Origin: Salinispira sp.
GTDB lineage: Bacteria > Spirochaetota > Spirochaetia > DSM-27196 > Salinispiraceae
Length of the DNA stretch: 64,000 nt
Direction: 5' to 3'
Assembly (NCBI GenBank): GCA_965602015.1
Contig: OZ271918.1
Location: 2,208,001 to 2,272,000, forward strand
In this document: piece by piece, positions 18,374 to 28,805 of the stretch
Position numbering within the stretch: the first letter of the stretch is position 1
How the letters are laid out: every line of letters starts with the position of its first letter
Position numbers and translations under genes: made by a program
Notes under the pieces: model-generated
What the model saw: only the letters and a program-made list of their open reading frames with translations
Database searches by the model: none
What the model was told of the DNA's origin: nothing

Positions 18374-20536
18374 ATGGTAAACAGACGCAGCGTACAGGAC
18401 ATTCTCTCCGGCAGCAGCATATTCCTGCACGAGTACCAGGTGCGCGACGGTTGGTACTGCCGTATTCTCCGCTCCACCATTATTCGGGGACGCATAAAGC
18501 GGGTGCTGGTGGACCCGGAATTTATTTCCGCCGGGGCCTATCTGATACAGCGCAAGGATATCAGCGGGGACGCCGACCTGTCGATTTTCGACGAATCCAT
18601 TCCCATTCTCGCCGGGGAGGAGATCCATTTCTTCGGTCAGCCGGTGGCGCTTCTGGTCGCGCCGGCGATTGACCTTCTCAACGCTACCGAGAAAATGATC
18701 CAGATCAGATACGACGAGTTTCCCAGCCTCCCGGAGCGGCTTGTCGATCCTCAGCAGATTTACCGGGAGGAGGAAAAGAGCATCGGCAACCCGGGTCTGA
18801 TGTGGGAGAAAAGCAGTGAATCGGTGGAAAGCAGCTACTACCTCGGTCCCCAGACCGACGTGCGTCACGAGGGAACCGGCGCGAGGGTGCAGCGGGTCGA
18901 CGGGGAACTGCGAATCGTCGCGCCTACCATCTGGCCCCAACTCATCGCCGACTCACTCCACAGGGCCACCGGGGTGGAAAAGGACCGAATCAATATTCAG
19001 CCGACGAATCCCGGGGTGTTTCACGACCACCTCATGGTAGACGGCACCTTGAACGCCTTGTACGCGGGGATCGCCGCGGATGTCACCGGAAGGAATATCA
19101 TTCTGGATATCAGCGAAGAAGAACGGCTGTTGTTCGGCACCCGTCAACCGCCCATTTACGTGAAGCACCGCCTCGGTTTGGGTGCAGACAAGGAGGTGCT
19201 GGTCAACGACGTGGTTGTGGACGTGAACACCGGAGCCTTTGGTTTGTTTACTACGGAGATGGTCAACCAGATCCTCGCCGCCGCGCCAGGACTGTACAAA
19301 AGCGCGTCATGGCGCCTGCGAATCCATCTGTACCGGAGCAATCTTCCGCCCATGAGCATATTTCACGGGTTTCCCGTCACCCTGCTTCAAATCCCGGCGG
19401 AAATTCAGGCCAACCGCATTGCAGAGATAAATCAGGAAAATCCCGCCGAATGGCGTTTGAGGAACCTGCTGGGCCCCGGCGATACCGCTCCACCGGAATT
19501 TACCGTTAAAAAAAGAATGGATGACGGGGGACTTATTGAGGAACTGGACCGGATTTCGGATTTCAGCCGGAAGTACGGTGCCTGCGAACTGCTGCGCAAA
19601 CGACGGGATCCCGGGGAGATTTTCAGCAACCTGGGTTCGCGGATGCGCCTCAAGGGAGTGGGCATGGCCTTCGGCTTTCAACCCGCGGGCTTCAGCCGGA
19701 CCACCGAAAAAGCCATCCAGCCGAAGGTCAAGCTGCGTCTGGAAACCGACGGCTCGCTTCACGCATACATGACCACCGCGCCCGGCGCATCGGCGGCCAA
19801 ACTCTATATCCGCAGAATAATCAAGGAAGAGCTGAACATCGAAGCGGATCAGATCGTCCTTCACACCAAGGATTGCCGGGAGATACCCGATTCAGGCCCG
19901 GTATGTCTCTCCCGATCCATCACCGTGGTAATGGACATACTCAGACAGGCTTGCCGCCGGCTGCAGAAAAAGCGCTTTAACGATCCCCTTCCGCTGGAGG
20001 TCATCGGCGCGCTCCGGAATCCCCGAAAGCAGGACTGGAACCAGGATATCTACAAGGGCGATCCGTTTCTCTACCGCAGCTATGGCGCCCTGGCCCTGGA
20101 AGTCGAAGTGGATCCCATCACCTATATTCCGGAGATTTCCGGAATCTGGATGTTCGTCGATGCGCCTCACCTTCTCAATGTAAACCAGGCCAGGTCAGCC
20201 CTCGAGGGAAGTATCATTCAATGTCTCGAATGGGTCCGGGGCTGGCACGGCGAGTTCAGCGGCGGTGTCCTGGATCTAAAAGGCGCGGATATCCGCAATT
20301 ATCGGGAAAGCAGCCGAGTTCCCCGGATTACCATTGATTTCAAGAGGGAGCGGGACGGGAGTAAAAGCACGGGCAGCCAAAGCGGGTTTCGGGATCTGCC
20401 CTACGCCCTGGTGCCCGCCGCATATCTTTCGGCATTGAGCCAGGCCACCGGGGGATACTTCGATCGGATTCCCGCTGACAGCGAGATGATTTATTCCTAC
20501 GTCCAGTCGGAGGATGAGAATGAAGATACGGACTGA
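18374..20536 (+). CDS. Xanthine dehydrogenase-family large subunit, degenerate molybdopterin-binding motifs
   Basis: a/b hammerhead N-terminus (ILRSTIIRGRI, IHFFGQPVALL), PDSGPVCLSRS, EVEVDPITY; followed by FeS and FAD subunits. Confidence 0.8.
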   Translation: MVNRRSVQDILSGSSIFLHEYQVRDGWYCRILRSTIIRGRIKRVLVDPEFISAGAYLIQRKDISGDADLSIFDESIPILAGEEIHFFGQPVALLVAPAIDLLNATEKMIQIRYDEFPSLPERLVDPQQIYREEEKSIGNPGLMWEKSSESVESSYYLGPQTDVRHEGTGARVQRVDGELRIVAPTIWPQLIADSLHRATGVEKDRINIQPTNPGVFHDHLMVDGTLNALYAGIAADVTGRNIILDISEEERLLFGTRQPPIYVKHRLGLGADKEVLVNDVVVDVNTGAFGLFTTEMVNQILAAAPGLYKSASWRLRIHLYRSNLPPMSIFHGFPVTLLQIPAEIQANRIAEINQENPAEWRLRNLLGPGDTAPPEFTVKKRMDDGGLIEELDRISDFSRKYGACELLRKRRDPGEIFSNLGSRMRLKGVGMAFGFQPAGFSRTTEKAIQPKVKLRLETDGSLHAYMTTAPGASAAKLYIRRIIKEELNIEADQIVLHTKDCREIPDSGPVCLSRSITVVMDILRQACRRLQKKRFNDPLPLEVIGALRNPRKQDWNQDIYKGDPFLYRSYGALALEVEVDPITYIPEISGIWMFVDAPHLLNVNQARSALEGSIIQCLEWVRGWHGEFSGGVLDLKGADIRNYRESSRVPRITIDFKRERDGSKSTGSQSGFRDLPYALVPAAYLSALSQATGGYFDRIPADSEMIYSYVQSEDENEDTD

Positions 20537-21020
20537 ATTCTACCTCAACGGTGAACAGCAGGTGAGGGAACTGGATGCCAGCACCAGCCTCATGGATTTG
20601 CTTCGCGGAGAATTCGGCCAGAAGTATCTCCGGGAGGGCTGCCGCAGGGGGCATTGCGGAGCCTGTACCGTGCTGATGGACGACTATCCCGTGGCATCAT
20701 GTCTCGTGCCGGCCTTTAATCTGGCGGGAACCCATATAGAAACCCTCATGGGACTCATGGAAGAAGAGGATTTTTCCCTCATCGAAACCGGTTTCCTTCA
20801 GACCGGCTTTACTCCCTGCAAGTACTGCGCTCCGGCGAAGATCATGATTACCGAATCCATTCTGAGGCAGGACGGGGGTCCCCCTTCTGAGGAAACGATT
20901 TTGCGTTATACCAGGGATTCCTGGTGCAACTGCACGAGCAAGGCGGGCTTCGTCCGGGCAGTTCAGGCTGCCGACGCCCTGAGGCGGAAACGGAGGGCTG
21001 CGAATGCGAATCGCCGATGA
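20520..21020 (+). CDS. (2Fe-2S)-binding small subunit, CoxS/XdhC type
   Basis: GCRRGHCGACTV..SC and CKYC..CNC; GGAGG before ATG 20520 (alternative start 20514). Confidence 0.88.
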   Translation: MKIRTEFYLNGEQQVRELDASTSLMDLLRGEFGQKYLREGCRRGHCGACTVLMDDYPVASCLVPAFNLAGTHIETLMGLMEEEDFSLIETGFLQTGFTPCKYCAPAKIMITESILRQDGGPPSEETILRYTRDSWCNCTSKAGFVRAVQAADALRRKRRAANANRR

Positions 21021-21855
21021 CCGCCGGATATTTTTGCCCCGCAGCGTCAACGACGCCACCACCATACTCCGCCAGTATCCGGGCATACTCGTTCTCGCCG
21101 GGGGGAGTGAAATTCAGCATTCCAGCCCCGGCGAACCGGTTATAAACCGCGATATTTTAGCGGTCCACAATATTGAAGAATTAAAGAGGATATACCGAAG
21201 CGACAGGATGCTGGAGATTGGCGCGGGGGTGACGTTGGAGCGGCTCAGCCGCTTCGGAGGGGATGTGGTGCCCAAGGGTCTGGCGGAGGCCATTCTCACC
21301 CAGCCCCATGCCCCGGTCCGGGGCATTGCGACCATCGGGGGGAACCTGTTGGTCCATCCCCGGTACTTCTCGTTGAGGCACTATCTCGCCCTGGTAGATG
21401 CCCAGGTGGAGCTCCGCAGGAGCGGGGGCAGCCGTTGGCTGTCGGTGGCCAGGCTGCGGGATGGGGATAACAACCCCCAGCTTCATCAGGAGCTGCTGAC
21501 GAAAATCCGCATCCCGGTTAACCAGTGGAGCCATCAGAATTTCCGCCGGTTTTACTCGGCGAAGCAGAACATCGATTACGGTTTTTGCGCCTTGGCCTCG
21601 GTGCATCGGGGCATTATCGAAGATATACGAATCGCCTATCTGTTCACCGGGCTTCAGAGCTACCGGAACCGGAACAGCGAATCTCAACTCATAGGCCGGC
21701 GCCTCCCCCTGCCGCAAAAGGATCTCAGGAACTACCTGAGCGATACCATCGGCGGATGGAAGAAATCAGAGCACTGGGAACACTCCGAACCCCTCATGCG
21801 CGACCGGCTGCGGAATCTCTCCGCATGGTTTATTCACAGTTTGAACAAATCCTGA
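21004..21855 (+). CDS. FAD-binding medium subunit, CoxM type
   Basis: LAGGS, LEIGAGVTL, ATIGGNL. Confidence 0.85.
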   Translation: MRIADDRRIFLPRSVNDATTILRQYPGILVLAGGSEIQHSSPGEPVINRDILAVHNIEELKRIYRSDRMLEIGAGVTLERLSRFGGDVVPKGLAEAILTQPHAPVRGIATIGGNLLVHPRYFSLRHYLALVDAQVELRRSGGSRWLSVARLRDGDNNPQLHQELLTKIRIPVNQWSHQNFRRFYSAKQNIDYGFCALASVHRGIIEDIRIAYLFTGLQSYRNRNSESQLIGRRLPLPQKDLRNYLSDTIGGWKKSEHWEHSEPLMRDRLRNLSAWFIHSLNKS

Positions 21856-21877
21856 TATATCTATAGCGGGAGGGTTC

Positions 21878-24800
21878 ATGAAGGAATTCGTACATCTGCA
21901 CAACCACTCGGACTTCAGCCTGCTGCGAGCCACCAGCACGGTTTCCCGATTGGTAAAGCGGGCCTCCGAAATGAAGATGCCGGGAATAGCCCTGACCGAC
22001 GACGGCAACTTGTTCGGGGCCTACCGATTCTACCAGGAATGCGGCGGCGATGACCCTTCCATTAACCCGATCGTCGGTTGTGATTTTTTTATGGCAGCAG
22101 ACAGCCGGCACAACAAATCGATTACGGAAAATGCAAAGCAATACCAGCGGATAGTCCTTCTGGCCATGAGCGACGAGGGGTACCGGAACCTCATTGAGCT
22201 AAGCTCGGCGGGGTACACCGAGGGCTTTTATTACAAGCCGCGTATCGATAAGGAGCTTCTGCAAGCCCACTCGAAAGATGTCATCGCCCTCTCCGGGGGT
22301 CTGGGAGGCGAGATTCCCCAGCTGATCACCCGTGGCCGCCTCGATGAAGCCCGGGATGCCGCCGCATGGTACGCCCAGCTCTACGGACCGGAGAGATTCT
22401 ACCTGGAACTGACCAACCACGGAATTCCCGAGCAGCAGACGGTGAACCGGGCCCTGATCGGGATGTCCAAAGAGATGGGCATTCCCCTGGTGGCTACAAA
22501 CGATACCTACTATCTGGACAGGGACGATTCCCATGCCCACGATGTACTCTTGTGCATCGGCAACAAGCGCAAAATAAACGATCCGGGGAGATTTGAATTC
22601 AGCTCCGATCAGTTCTACTTCAAAAGCGCCGAGGAAATGTGGACTATTTTCGCTGACCATCCCGAAGCCCTGACAAACACGCTCAAAATCAACGAGATGT
22701 GCAATCTCAAAATGGAGCTGCCGGGCCCCCTGCTGCCTGACTACGACATTCCGCCGGAGTTCCCCGGTCCCGACGAATACCTGCGCCACCTGTCATTCGA
22801 GGGGCTGGCGATGCGTTACGGACAGATTAACGATGAACTGCGCGAGCGGATGAACTACGAGCTGGACACCATAATCAGCATGGGCTTTACCGGATACTTT
22901 CTCATTGTTTGGGACTTTATCCGCTATGCCAAGGACAATGACATCCCCGTAGGTCCCGGACGGGGTTCGGGAGCCGGAAGCATCGTCGCCTATGCCCTGG
23001 AAATAACCGACATTGACCCGATCAAATACGGCCTGCTTTTCGAGCGATTTTTGAACCCCGAGCGGGTGAGCATGCCTGACTTCGACATCGACTTCTGCTT
23101 CGAACGCCGGCAGGAGGTCATCGACTACGTCAACCGGAAATACGGCGAGGACAAGGTCGGCCAGATTATCACCTTCGGGACCCTCAAACCCAAGGCGGTC
23201 ATCCGCGACGTGGCCCGGGTTCTTGACTTTTCCTATGACGAGGCGGACCGCATAGCAAAACTCATTCCCGACAGCCCGAAAATCACCATTGAGAAGGCCC
23301 TGGAGGAAGAGCCCAAGTTGGCCGAACTCTACGAGAGCGGCGGGGGCTACCGGGAACTAATAGAAGTCAGCAGCAAGCTGCAGAAGTTGAACCGCCACGC
23401 CTCCACCCACGCAGCCGGAATTGTAATCGGCAAGGAAGAACTGACCCGCTACGTTCCCCTGTTCCGGGACCCAAAGACCGGAGCCATCTCCACCCAGTTC
23501 ACCATGGACCAACTGGAGGACAACGGCCTGGTGAAGATGGACTTCCTGGGGCTGAAGACCCTGACCCTGATCAAGAATACAGAAAAACTGCTCTCCCAGA
23601 AGGGCATTGCGGTAGACAGCGCCACGGTTCCCGAAGACGACGAAAAAACCTACGAGCTGCTTGGCCGGGGCCTGAGTTCGGCGGTCTTCCAGTTCGAATC
23701 GGAAGGCATGCAGAAAATCCTCAAGGACGCCAAACCCAGCTGCGTGGAGGACCTGATCGCCCTGAACGCCCTGTACCGCCCGGGTCCCATGGAAAACATT
23801 CCCCAGTTCATCGACTCCAAATGGGGCCGCAGCAGCATCAAGTATCCCCACCCCAGCCTCGAAGACGTGCTAAAAGAGACCTACGGGGTCATCGTCTACC
23901 AGGAACAGGTAATGGAAACCGTGCAAATCATCGGCGGTTTCAGCCTGGGAAAAGCGGACATTCTGCGGCGGGCCATGGGTAAGAAGAAAGAGAAGGACAT
24001 GGCCAGGATGCGGGTGGAGTACATGGAAGGCGCCGCAGCCCGGGACATTTCCCAACAGACCGCGGCGGATATATTTGAACTGCTTAAACCCTTCGCGGGT
24101 TACGGTTTCAACAAAAGCCATGCCGCCGCCTATTCGGTACTGGCGTATAAAACCGCCTACCTCAAGGCGAACTATCCCGCAGAGTTTATGGCGGCGAACC
24201 TGACCAACGAAATCGATCATCCAGATAAATTCGCCGACTACCTGGCGGAGGCCAAGGGAATAGGCATAGAAATCCGCCCCCCGAGCGTCAATGATTCGGA
24301 TAAGTACTTCACGGTGGTCGACGGGGCCATTGTGTTCGGCCTGATGGGAATCAAGGGCGTGGGTTCCTCGGCGGTCGACGAGATCCTGAATCAGCGCTCG
24401 GAAGGCGGCCGGTTCACCGATATGGAGGACTTCCTGGAACGGGTGGACACCCGCACGGTAAACCGGAGGACCCTCGAGCTGCTCATCCAGTGCGGGGCCT
24501 TCGATCAGATCTTCCCCAGCCGAAAAGGAATTATGGATCAGCTCGATCCCCTGCTGGAAGTCGCGCAAAGCAAGAAGGCCGGCCGTCAGTTCGGCCAAAC
24601 CGGGCTGTTCGACGACAGCCCCCAGGAAGAGTACCCGGAGGTCCGTCTGGACGACAGCCGGGAATACGAACTGCAGGAACTGTTGGGATGGGAGCGGGAA
24701 CTTATCGGATACTATTTCTCCGGGCATCCCATGGATAATTACCGGAGCCAGTGGGCCCGGGGCACCAGCCTGGATTTGGGCAATATCCAGAGGACCCAAA

Positions 24801-25480
24801 GCGACAAGCAGTACGCCGTAGTCGCCCTGGTAAAGCAATACCGGGTCGTGATGACCAAAAAAGGCAGCAAAATGAGCTTCGGCACCCTGGAAGATTACCG
24901 GGGAGAACTGGAGTTCGTCCTATTCCCCACCACATATGAGCAGTATTCCGAGGCGGTCCAGCCGGATATTATTATGGGTTTTGTGGGAAAGGTCGATCTT
25001 ACCCGGGACAAGCCCCAGCTGGTGGTCGATGAAATACGGGCCCCCGAGGACCTGGACCCCCAGGACAGCGGATCAATACACATCAGGCTCAAGGCTGACT
25101 CACTCAGGGAAGAAGACCTGGTCGGTCTGCGCAGCCTTATTAATGACAACCCCGGGGGCTGTCCGGTGTTCCTTCACTTGCCGGTGAGGGCATCCGCGGC
25201 ACAGGGTCCGGGACAGACCGAGGGCATCGCCCAATCACCGGCTGATCAATCATCAGCCGCCAACACATCGCCTGACCAATCGAGCCGCGGGGGAACACAA
25301 ACCGCAGTGGCACCCCCGGCGCCTAAGCGGGGAGAGGATCGGCGCTTCGAACGGGTAATACAGGTAACAAGCCATCTGCAGGCGAATTCTGCGGTTTTAT
25401 CCGAGATAAAAAATCATTACCTTGTAGAGAGCGCCTGGAAAGAATTTCTTAACACGCGAATCGATCACGAAGGAGCATAA
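21878..25480 (+). CDS. dnaE: DNA polymerase III alpha subunit
   Basis: PHP HLHNHSDFS, GPGRGSGAGS, SMPDFDIDF, GYGFNKSH, OB fold. Confidence 0.98.
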   Translation: MKEFVHLHNHSDFSLLRATSTVSRLVKRASEMKMPGIALTDDGNLFGAYRFYQECGGDDPSINPIVGCDFFMAADSRHNKSITENAKQYQRIVLLAMSDEGYRNLIELSSAGYTEGFYYKPRIDKELLQAHSKDVIALSGGLGGEIPQLITRGRLDEARDAAAWYAQLYGPERFYLELTNHGIPEQQTVNRALIGMSKEMGIPLVATNDTYYLDRDDSHAHDVLLCIGNKRKINDPGRFEFSSDQFYFKSAEEMWTIFADHPEALTNTLKINEMCNLKMELPGPLLPDYDIPPEFPGPDEYLRHLSFEGLAMRYGQINDELRERMNYELDTIISMGFTGYFLIVWDFIRYAKDNDIPVGPGRGSGAGSIVAYALEITDIDPIKYGLLFERFLNPERVSMPDFDIDFCFERRQEVIDYVNRKYGEDKVGQIITFGTLKPKAVIRDVARVLDFSYDEADRIAKLIPDSPKITIEKALEEEPKLAELYESGGGYRELIEVSSKLQKLNRHASTHAAGIVIGKEELTRYVPLFRDPKTGAISTQFTMDQLEDNGLVKMDFLGLKTLTLIKNTEKLLSQKGIAVDSATVPEDDEKTYELLGRGLSSAVFQFESEGMQKILKDAKPSCVEDLIALNALYRPGPMENIPQFIDSKWGRSSIKYPHPSLEDVLKETYGVIVYQEQVMETVQIIGGFSLGKADILRRAMGKKKEKDMARMRVEYMEGAAARDISQQTAADIFELLKPFAGYGFNKSHAAAYSVLAYKTAYLKANYPAEFMAANLTNEIDHPDKFADYLAEAKGIGIEIRPPSVNDSDKYFTVVDGAIVFGLMGIKGVGSSAVDEILNQRSEGGRFTDMEDFLERVDTRTVNRRTLELLIQCGAFDQIFPSRKGIMDQLDPLLEVAQSKKAGRQFGQTGLFDDSPQEEYPEVRLDDSREYELQELLGWERELIGYYFSGHPMDNYRSQWARGTSLDLGNIQRTQSDKQYAVVALVKQYRVVMTKKGSKMSFGTLEDYRGELEFVLFPTTYEQYSEAVQPDIIMGFVGKVDLTRDKPQLVVDEIRAPEDLDPQDSGSIHIRLKADSLREEDLVGLRSLINDNPGGCPVFLHLPVRASAAQGPGQTEGIAQSPADQSSAANTSPDQSSRGGTQTAVAPPAPKRGEDRRFERVIQVTSHLQANSAVLSEIKNHYLVESAWKEFLNTRIDHEGA

Positions 25481-25484
25481 ACGC

Positions 25485-26075
25485 ATGAATTTTTTCGATA
25501 TTTTCCGCATTCTCGGGGTGCTCATCGACGTATATCTGCTGGTCATTATCGTCCGCATCCTGCTCTCATGGTTTGGCCAGTCGCTCAATGTTGAGGGACT
25601 GAGAATAATCTATCAAATCACCGACCCCTACCTGAATTTGTTTCGCAGAATTCGATGGATGAGAATCGGTTTTCTCGACCTGAGTCCCCTGTTGGGCATC
25701 TACGTCCTGATTTTTGCCTCGACCCTGTTCAAACGATTCGGTTTTGGGGATATTTCGGTGGCAATTACCCTGTACACCCTGGTTGAGACCCTGCTGACCG
25801 GTGTCAGCTCCATAATTTCGCTGTTTGCCATTGTTACCCTCATCCGCATCGTCGGGCTGTTCATTCGGGCCAGCTCCATAGAAGAACTGTGGTTCCGCCT
25901 CGACGCCTTTTTGCAGCCCCTGGTTTTGCGCTTTATCAAGCTTTTCGCGCCCCACAGCAGCCTGCCCTACGGCAGCGCCCTTGGAATTTTCCTGGCGGCC
26001 TGCTTCATCTCATCGCTGGGGCTGCGGCTGCTTATGGTTCCCGCCGGAAGGCTCATCGCAGCCATTCCGTTCTGA
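25485..26075 (+). CDS. yggT: YggT family membrane protein
   Basis: IVRILLSW...ITDPYLNLFR...DLSP. Confidence 0.85.
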   Translation: MNFFDIFRILGVLIDVYLLVIIVRILLSWFGQSLNVEGLRIIYQITDPYLNLFRRIRWMRIGFLDLSPLLGIYVLIFASTLFKRFGFGDISVAITLYTLVETLLTGVSSIISLFAIVTLIRIVGLFIRASSIEELWFRLDAFLQPLVLRFIKLFAPHSSLPYGSALGIFLAACFISSLGLRLLMVPAGRLIAAIPF

Positions 26076-26088
26076 TCCGGCTTTAGCC

Positions 26089-28245
26089 GTGTCGAGAGAA
26101 AAACTCAGCGCCCTGGGCGGGCGGATAAGCAGACCGGATTTTGAGCCGTCTCTGAAAGACGTCCGCGGGCTGGGACCCGCCCGTAGTAAGCTTTTGAACA
26201 AGGCGGGGATTTTTAGCCCCGTCGACCTCCTGCTTCACCTCCCCCGAAATTACGATGACAGACGCACTCCGGTCACCCTCGGGGATCTGTATTCGAAGCA
26301 GGGCAGCGGGAGGGCGTGCACCGAGGTGGTGGTCATCGCCCAGGAGTATTTTTTCGCCCGAGGGCGAAGGGTTCCGAAAATCTGGGTTGAGGATTCCCCC
26401 CGGGACGCCGGCGGACCGGCCCCGTCCAGAGTAATCGGGCGGGCTTCCCTTCTGCTGTTCGGACGACCCTTCCTCGCAAAACAGATGCTGCCTGGGAGCC
26501 GGTGGCTGTTGGCGGCAACGGTGAACATAAAGTTCGGGGAGCTTCAAAGCTCCTCGTTTGAAATCGCAAAAATCACCGAGGGACAAGAGGGGGCCTCAAG
26601 CCGGGCGGAAGACTTTTTCCGGATATCGCCGGTCTACCCCCGGGTAGAGGGCATCTCGGGCTCGCTCCTTAAAGGGTACATTCAAAAAGCCGCAGATTTA
26701 CTGTTGCCCTCACTGGAGGACGATCCCCAGATGAGAGGCGGGGCCTTTGTTTCAGACCTTCGGGAGCTGGGCCTTCCGGACCTATCACAGGCTCTAAAAA
26801 CCCTTCATTACCCGGAAAATCCCGATGATATTCGCCCGGCCCGCCGTCGCCTCGCCTATGCCGAGCTTCAGCATTTTATTCTCCAGCAACGGCGGTCCTC
26901 ACAGGCTGCTGAACCGGCCGCCGAACCGGCGGGAGGGCAAATCACACCCAGCAATAGGGATACCAGCGGGGGTCTGACGGGAGCTCAACGGCAACTGCGC
27001 GCCTCACTGCCCTTCGAGCTCACCGGAGACCAGCTGCGGGCTGTGGAAGAAATCAATGCCGACCTGGCCGCCGGTGGGATGCAGCGTCTGCTTCAGGGCG
27101 ATGTGGGGAGCGGCAAAACCCTGGTCGCCCTGTTGGCCGCCCTATTTGCGGTGGAGTCCGGCGGCCAGGTCGCCCTCATGGTTCCCACAGAGATTCTCGC
27201 CCGCCAGCACTTTAAAAAGATAGGCCTCCTGGTGGGGAATCTCGAGCGTTTTAGGGGCGACGGCCCGTTCCGGGCGGTCCTTCGGCTGCTTACCGCCGCA
27301 TTGTCACCGGAGGAGCAGAAAGCCGCCAGGGAAGACATGAAGACCGGAGTCCCGGGAATCTACCTTGGCACCCACAGTCTGTTTTCCACGAAGGTGGAAT
27401 TCGCAGACCTGCGGCTGGTGATAATCGACGAGCAGCACCGCTTCGGCGTCAACCAGAGGGCCCAGCTTCGTAGCAAGGCCCAATGCGACAATATCCTGAT
27501 GCTCAGCGCCACCCCCATCCCCCGCACCTTGACCCTGACCATTTTCGGTAATATGTCGGTGTCGACGATACGAAACATGCCCAGAGGCAGGAAACCGATA
27601 ATTACCCACCTTGCAGCCCTGGGAAAAGAGGAAAAGGTCTACAAGGCGATTGAGCAGCGCTTGAATGCCGGCGAACAGTCGTATTTCGTCTACCCCCGCA
27701 TTGAAGACCCCGAGGATGATGACGATGCGGGGACACGGGGGGGATTAAAAAGCGCCGAGGGCATGCTGGATGAACTGCGGCAGCGGTTCCCCGGACGGCG
27801 CATCGGCCTGGTCCACGGACGCCTCGACGCCGAACAGCGGGAAGAAACCATGGATGGCTTTGCCTCCGGAGAGATTGACGTTTTGGTCGCCACCACGGTC
27901 ATCGAGGTCGGAGTGGATGTTCCCCGGGCCAGCGCAATCGTCATTGAACACGCCGAGCGCTTCGGACTCTCGGCCCTCCATCAGCTTCGGGGCCGGGTGG
28001 GACGGGGGGAACTTCAAAGTTATTGCTATCTTGTGTATGATCCCCAGGTCGGCGAAGACGGGAAAAACCGGCTTATGGCCATGAAGAACAGTACCGACGG
28101 ATTCGCAATCGCCGAGGAAGACCTGCGGATTCGCGGTCCGGGAAATATCAGCGGAGTGGAGCAATCGGGCTATCTCGAGCTGGAATTCGCCTCGCTGTAC
28201 GACGACCTCGATTTGATTGAGGAACTTTCCAGGAGAATGCCATGA
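26089..28245 (+). CDS. recG: ATP-dependent DNA helicase RecG
   Basis: LLQGDVGSGKT, DEQHRFGV, SATPIPRT, LHQLRGRVGRG, DLRIRGPG; probable GTG start at 26089. Confidence 0.96.
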   Translation: MSREKLSALGGRISRPDFEPSLKDVRGLGPARSKLLNKAGIFSPVDLLLHLPRNYDDRRTPVTLGDLYSKQGSGRACTEVVVIAQEYFFARGRRVPKIWVEDSPRDAGGPAPSRVIGRASLLLFGRPFLAKQMLPGSRWLLAATVNIKFGELQSSSFEIAKITEGQEGASSRAEDFFRISPVYPRVEGISGSLLKGYIQKAADLLLPSLEDDPQMRGGAFVSDLRELGLPDLSQALKTLHYPENPDDIRPARRRLAYAELQHFILQQRRSSQAAEPAAEPAGGQITPSNRDTSGGLTGAQRQLRASLPFELTGDQLRAVEEINADLAAGGMQRLLQGDVGSGKTLVALLAALFAVESGGQVALMVPTEILARQHFKKIGLLVGNLERFRGDGPFRAVLRLLTAALSPEEQKAAREDMKTGVPGIYLGTHSLFSTKVEFADLRLVIIDEQHRFGVNQRAQLRSKAQCDNILMLSATPIPRTLTLTIFGNMSVSTIRNMPRGRKPIITHLAALGKEEKVYKAIEQRLNAGEQSYFVYPRIEDPEDDDDAGTRGGLKSAEGMLDELRQRFPGRRIGLVHGRLDAEQREETMDGFASGEIDVLVATTVIEVGVDVPRASAIVIEHAERFGLSALHQLRGRVGRGELQSYCYLVYDPQVGEDGKNRLMAMKNSTDGFAIAEEDLRIRGPGNISGVEQSGYLELEFASLYDDLDLIEELSRRMP

Positions 28246-28805
28246 GAATCACCGGCGGGAAGTACAAGGGCCGAAACATAAGCTGTCCGCCGGGAACCAT
28301 CCGCCCCGCCATGGACCGCATGAGGGAGAGCCTGTTCTCGGCCCTGGGCCCAATAGAAGGCCTTTCCTTCCTGGATCTGTTCAGCGGCTCGGGGACGATC
28401 GCCCTGGAGGCGGCCAGCCGGGGCGCGCGGCGGGTGCACTCGGTGGAGAAAGATCCGCGCAAGCGCCGGATAATCAGCCAGAACTTGGAAATAGCCGGCG
28501 ATGTCTGCTCGGTGAGTTACAGTCCCGTCGAGCGGTTCATTCTGAAGCGTCAGGAGCGTTTCGACCTGGTGTTTCTGGACCCGCCGTTTCCCTATAAGCA
28601 CAAAAACGATCTACTTCAAAAGCTCATCGACTCGGCACTGGTCGCCGAGGGAAGCGAGGTGCTGCTTCATTTTCCCTCGGAGAATACTATAGCCGATACA
28701 TTCCGTTCAACGGACGGGAAGTTGGTAATGACGCGATACAAACAGAAAGAATACGGGCGCTCGATGGTGAATTTCTATCGGGTTGGCCCGCAGGAGGACA
28801 TGTGA
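28242..28805 (+). CDS. rsmD: 16S rRNA m2G966 methyltransferase
   Basis: MRITGG, LDLFSGSG, LEAASRGA, DPPF. Confidence 0.93.
   Translation: MRITGGKYKGRNISCPPGTIRPAMDRMRESLFSALGPIEGLSFLDLFSGSGTIALEAASRGARRVHSVEKDPRKRRIISQNLEIAGDVCSVSYSPVERFILKRQERFDLVFLDPPFPYKHKNDLLQKLIDSALVAEGSEVLLHFPSENTIADTFRSTDGKLVMTRYKQKEYGRSMVNFYRVGPQEDM

Noticed and set aside
23870..24838. 322-aa minus-strand ORF inside dnaE, and similar ORFs opposite ligA, the TPR gene and alaS
   Set aside because: Expected antisense open frames in GC-rich, codon-biased genes
21878..25480. Possible intein in DnaE
   Set aside because: Length is normal and no C..HN splice motifs or LAGLIDADG blocks are present
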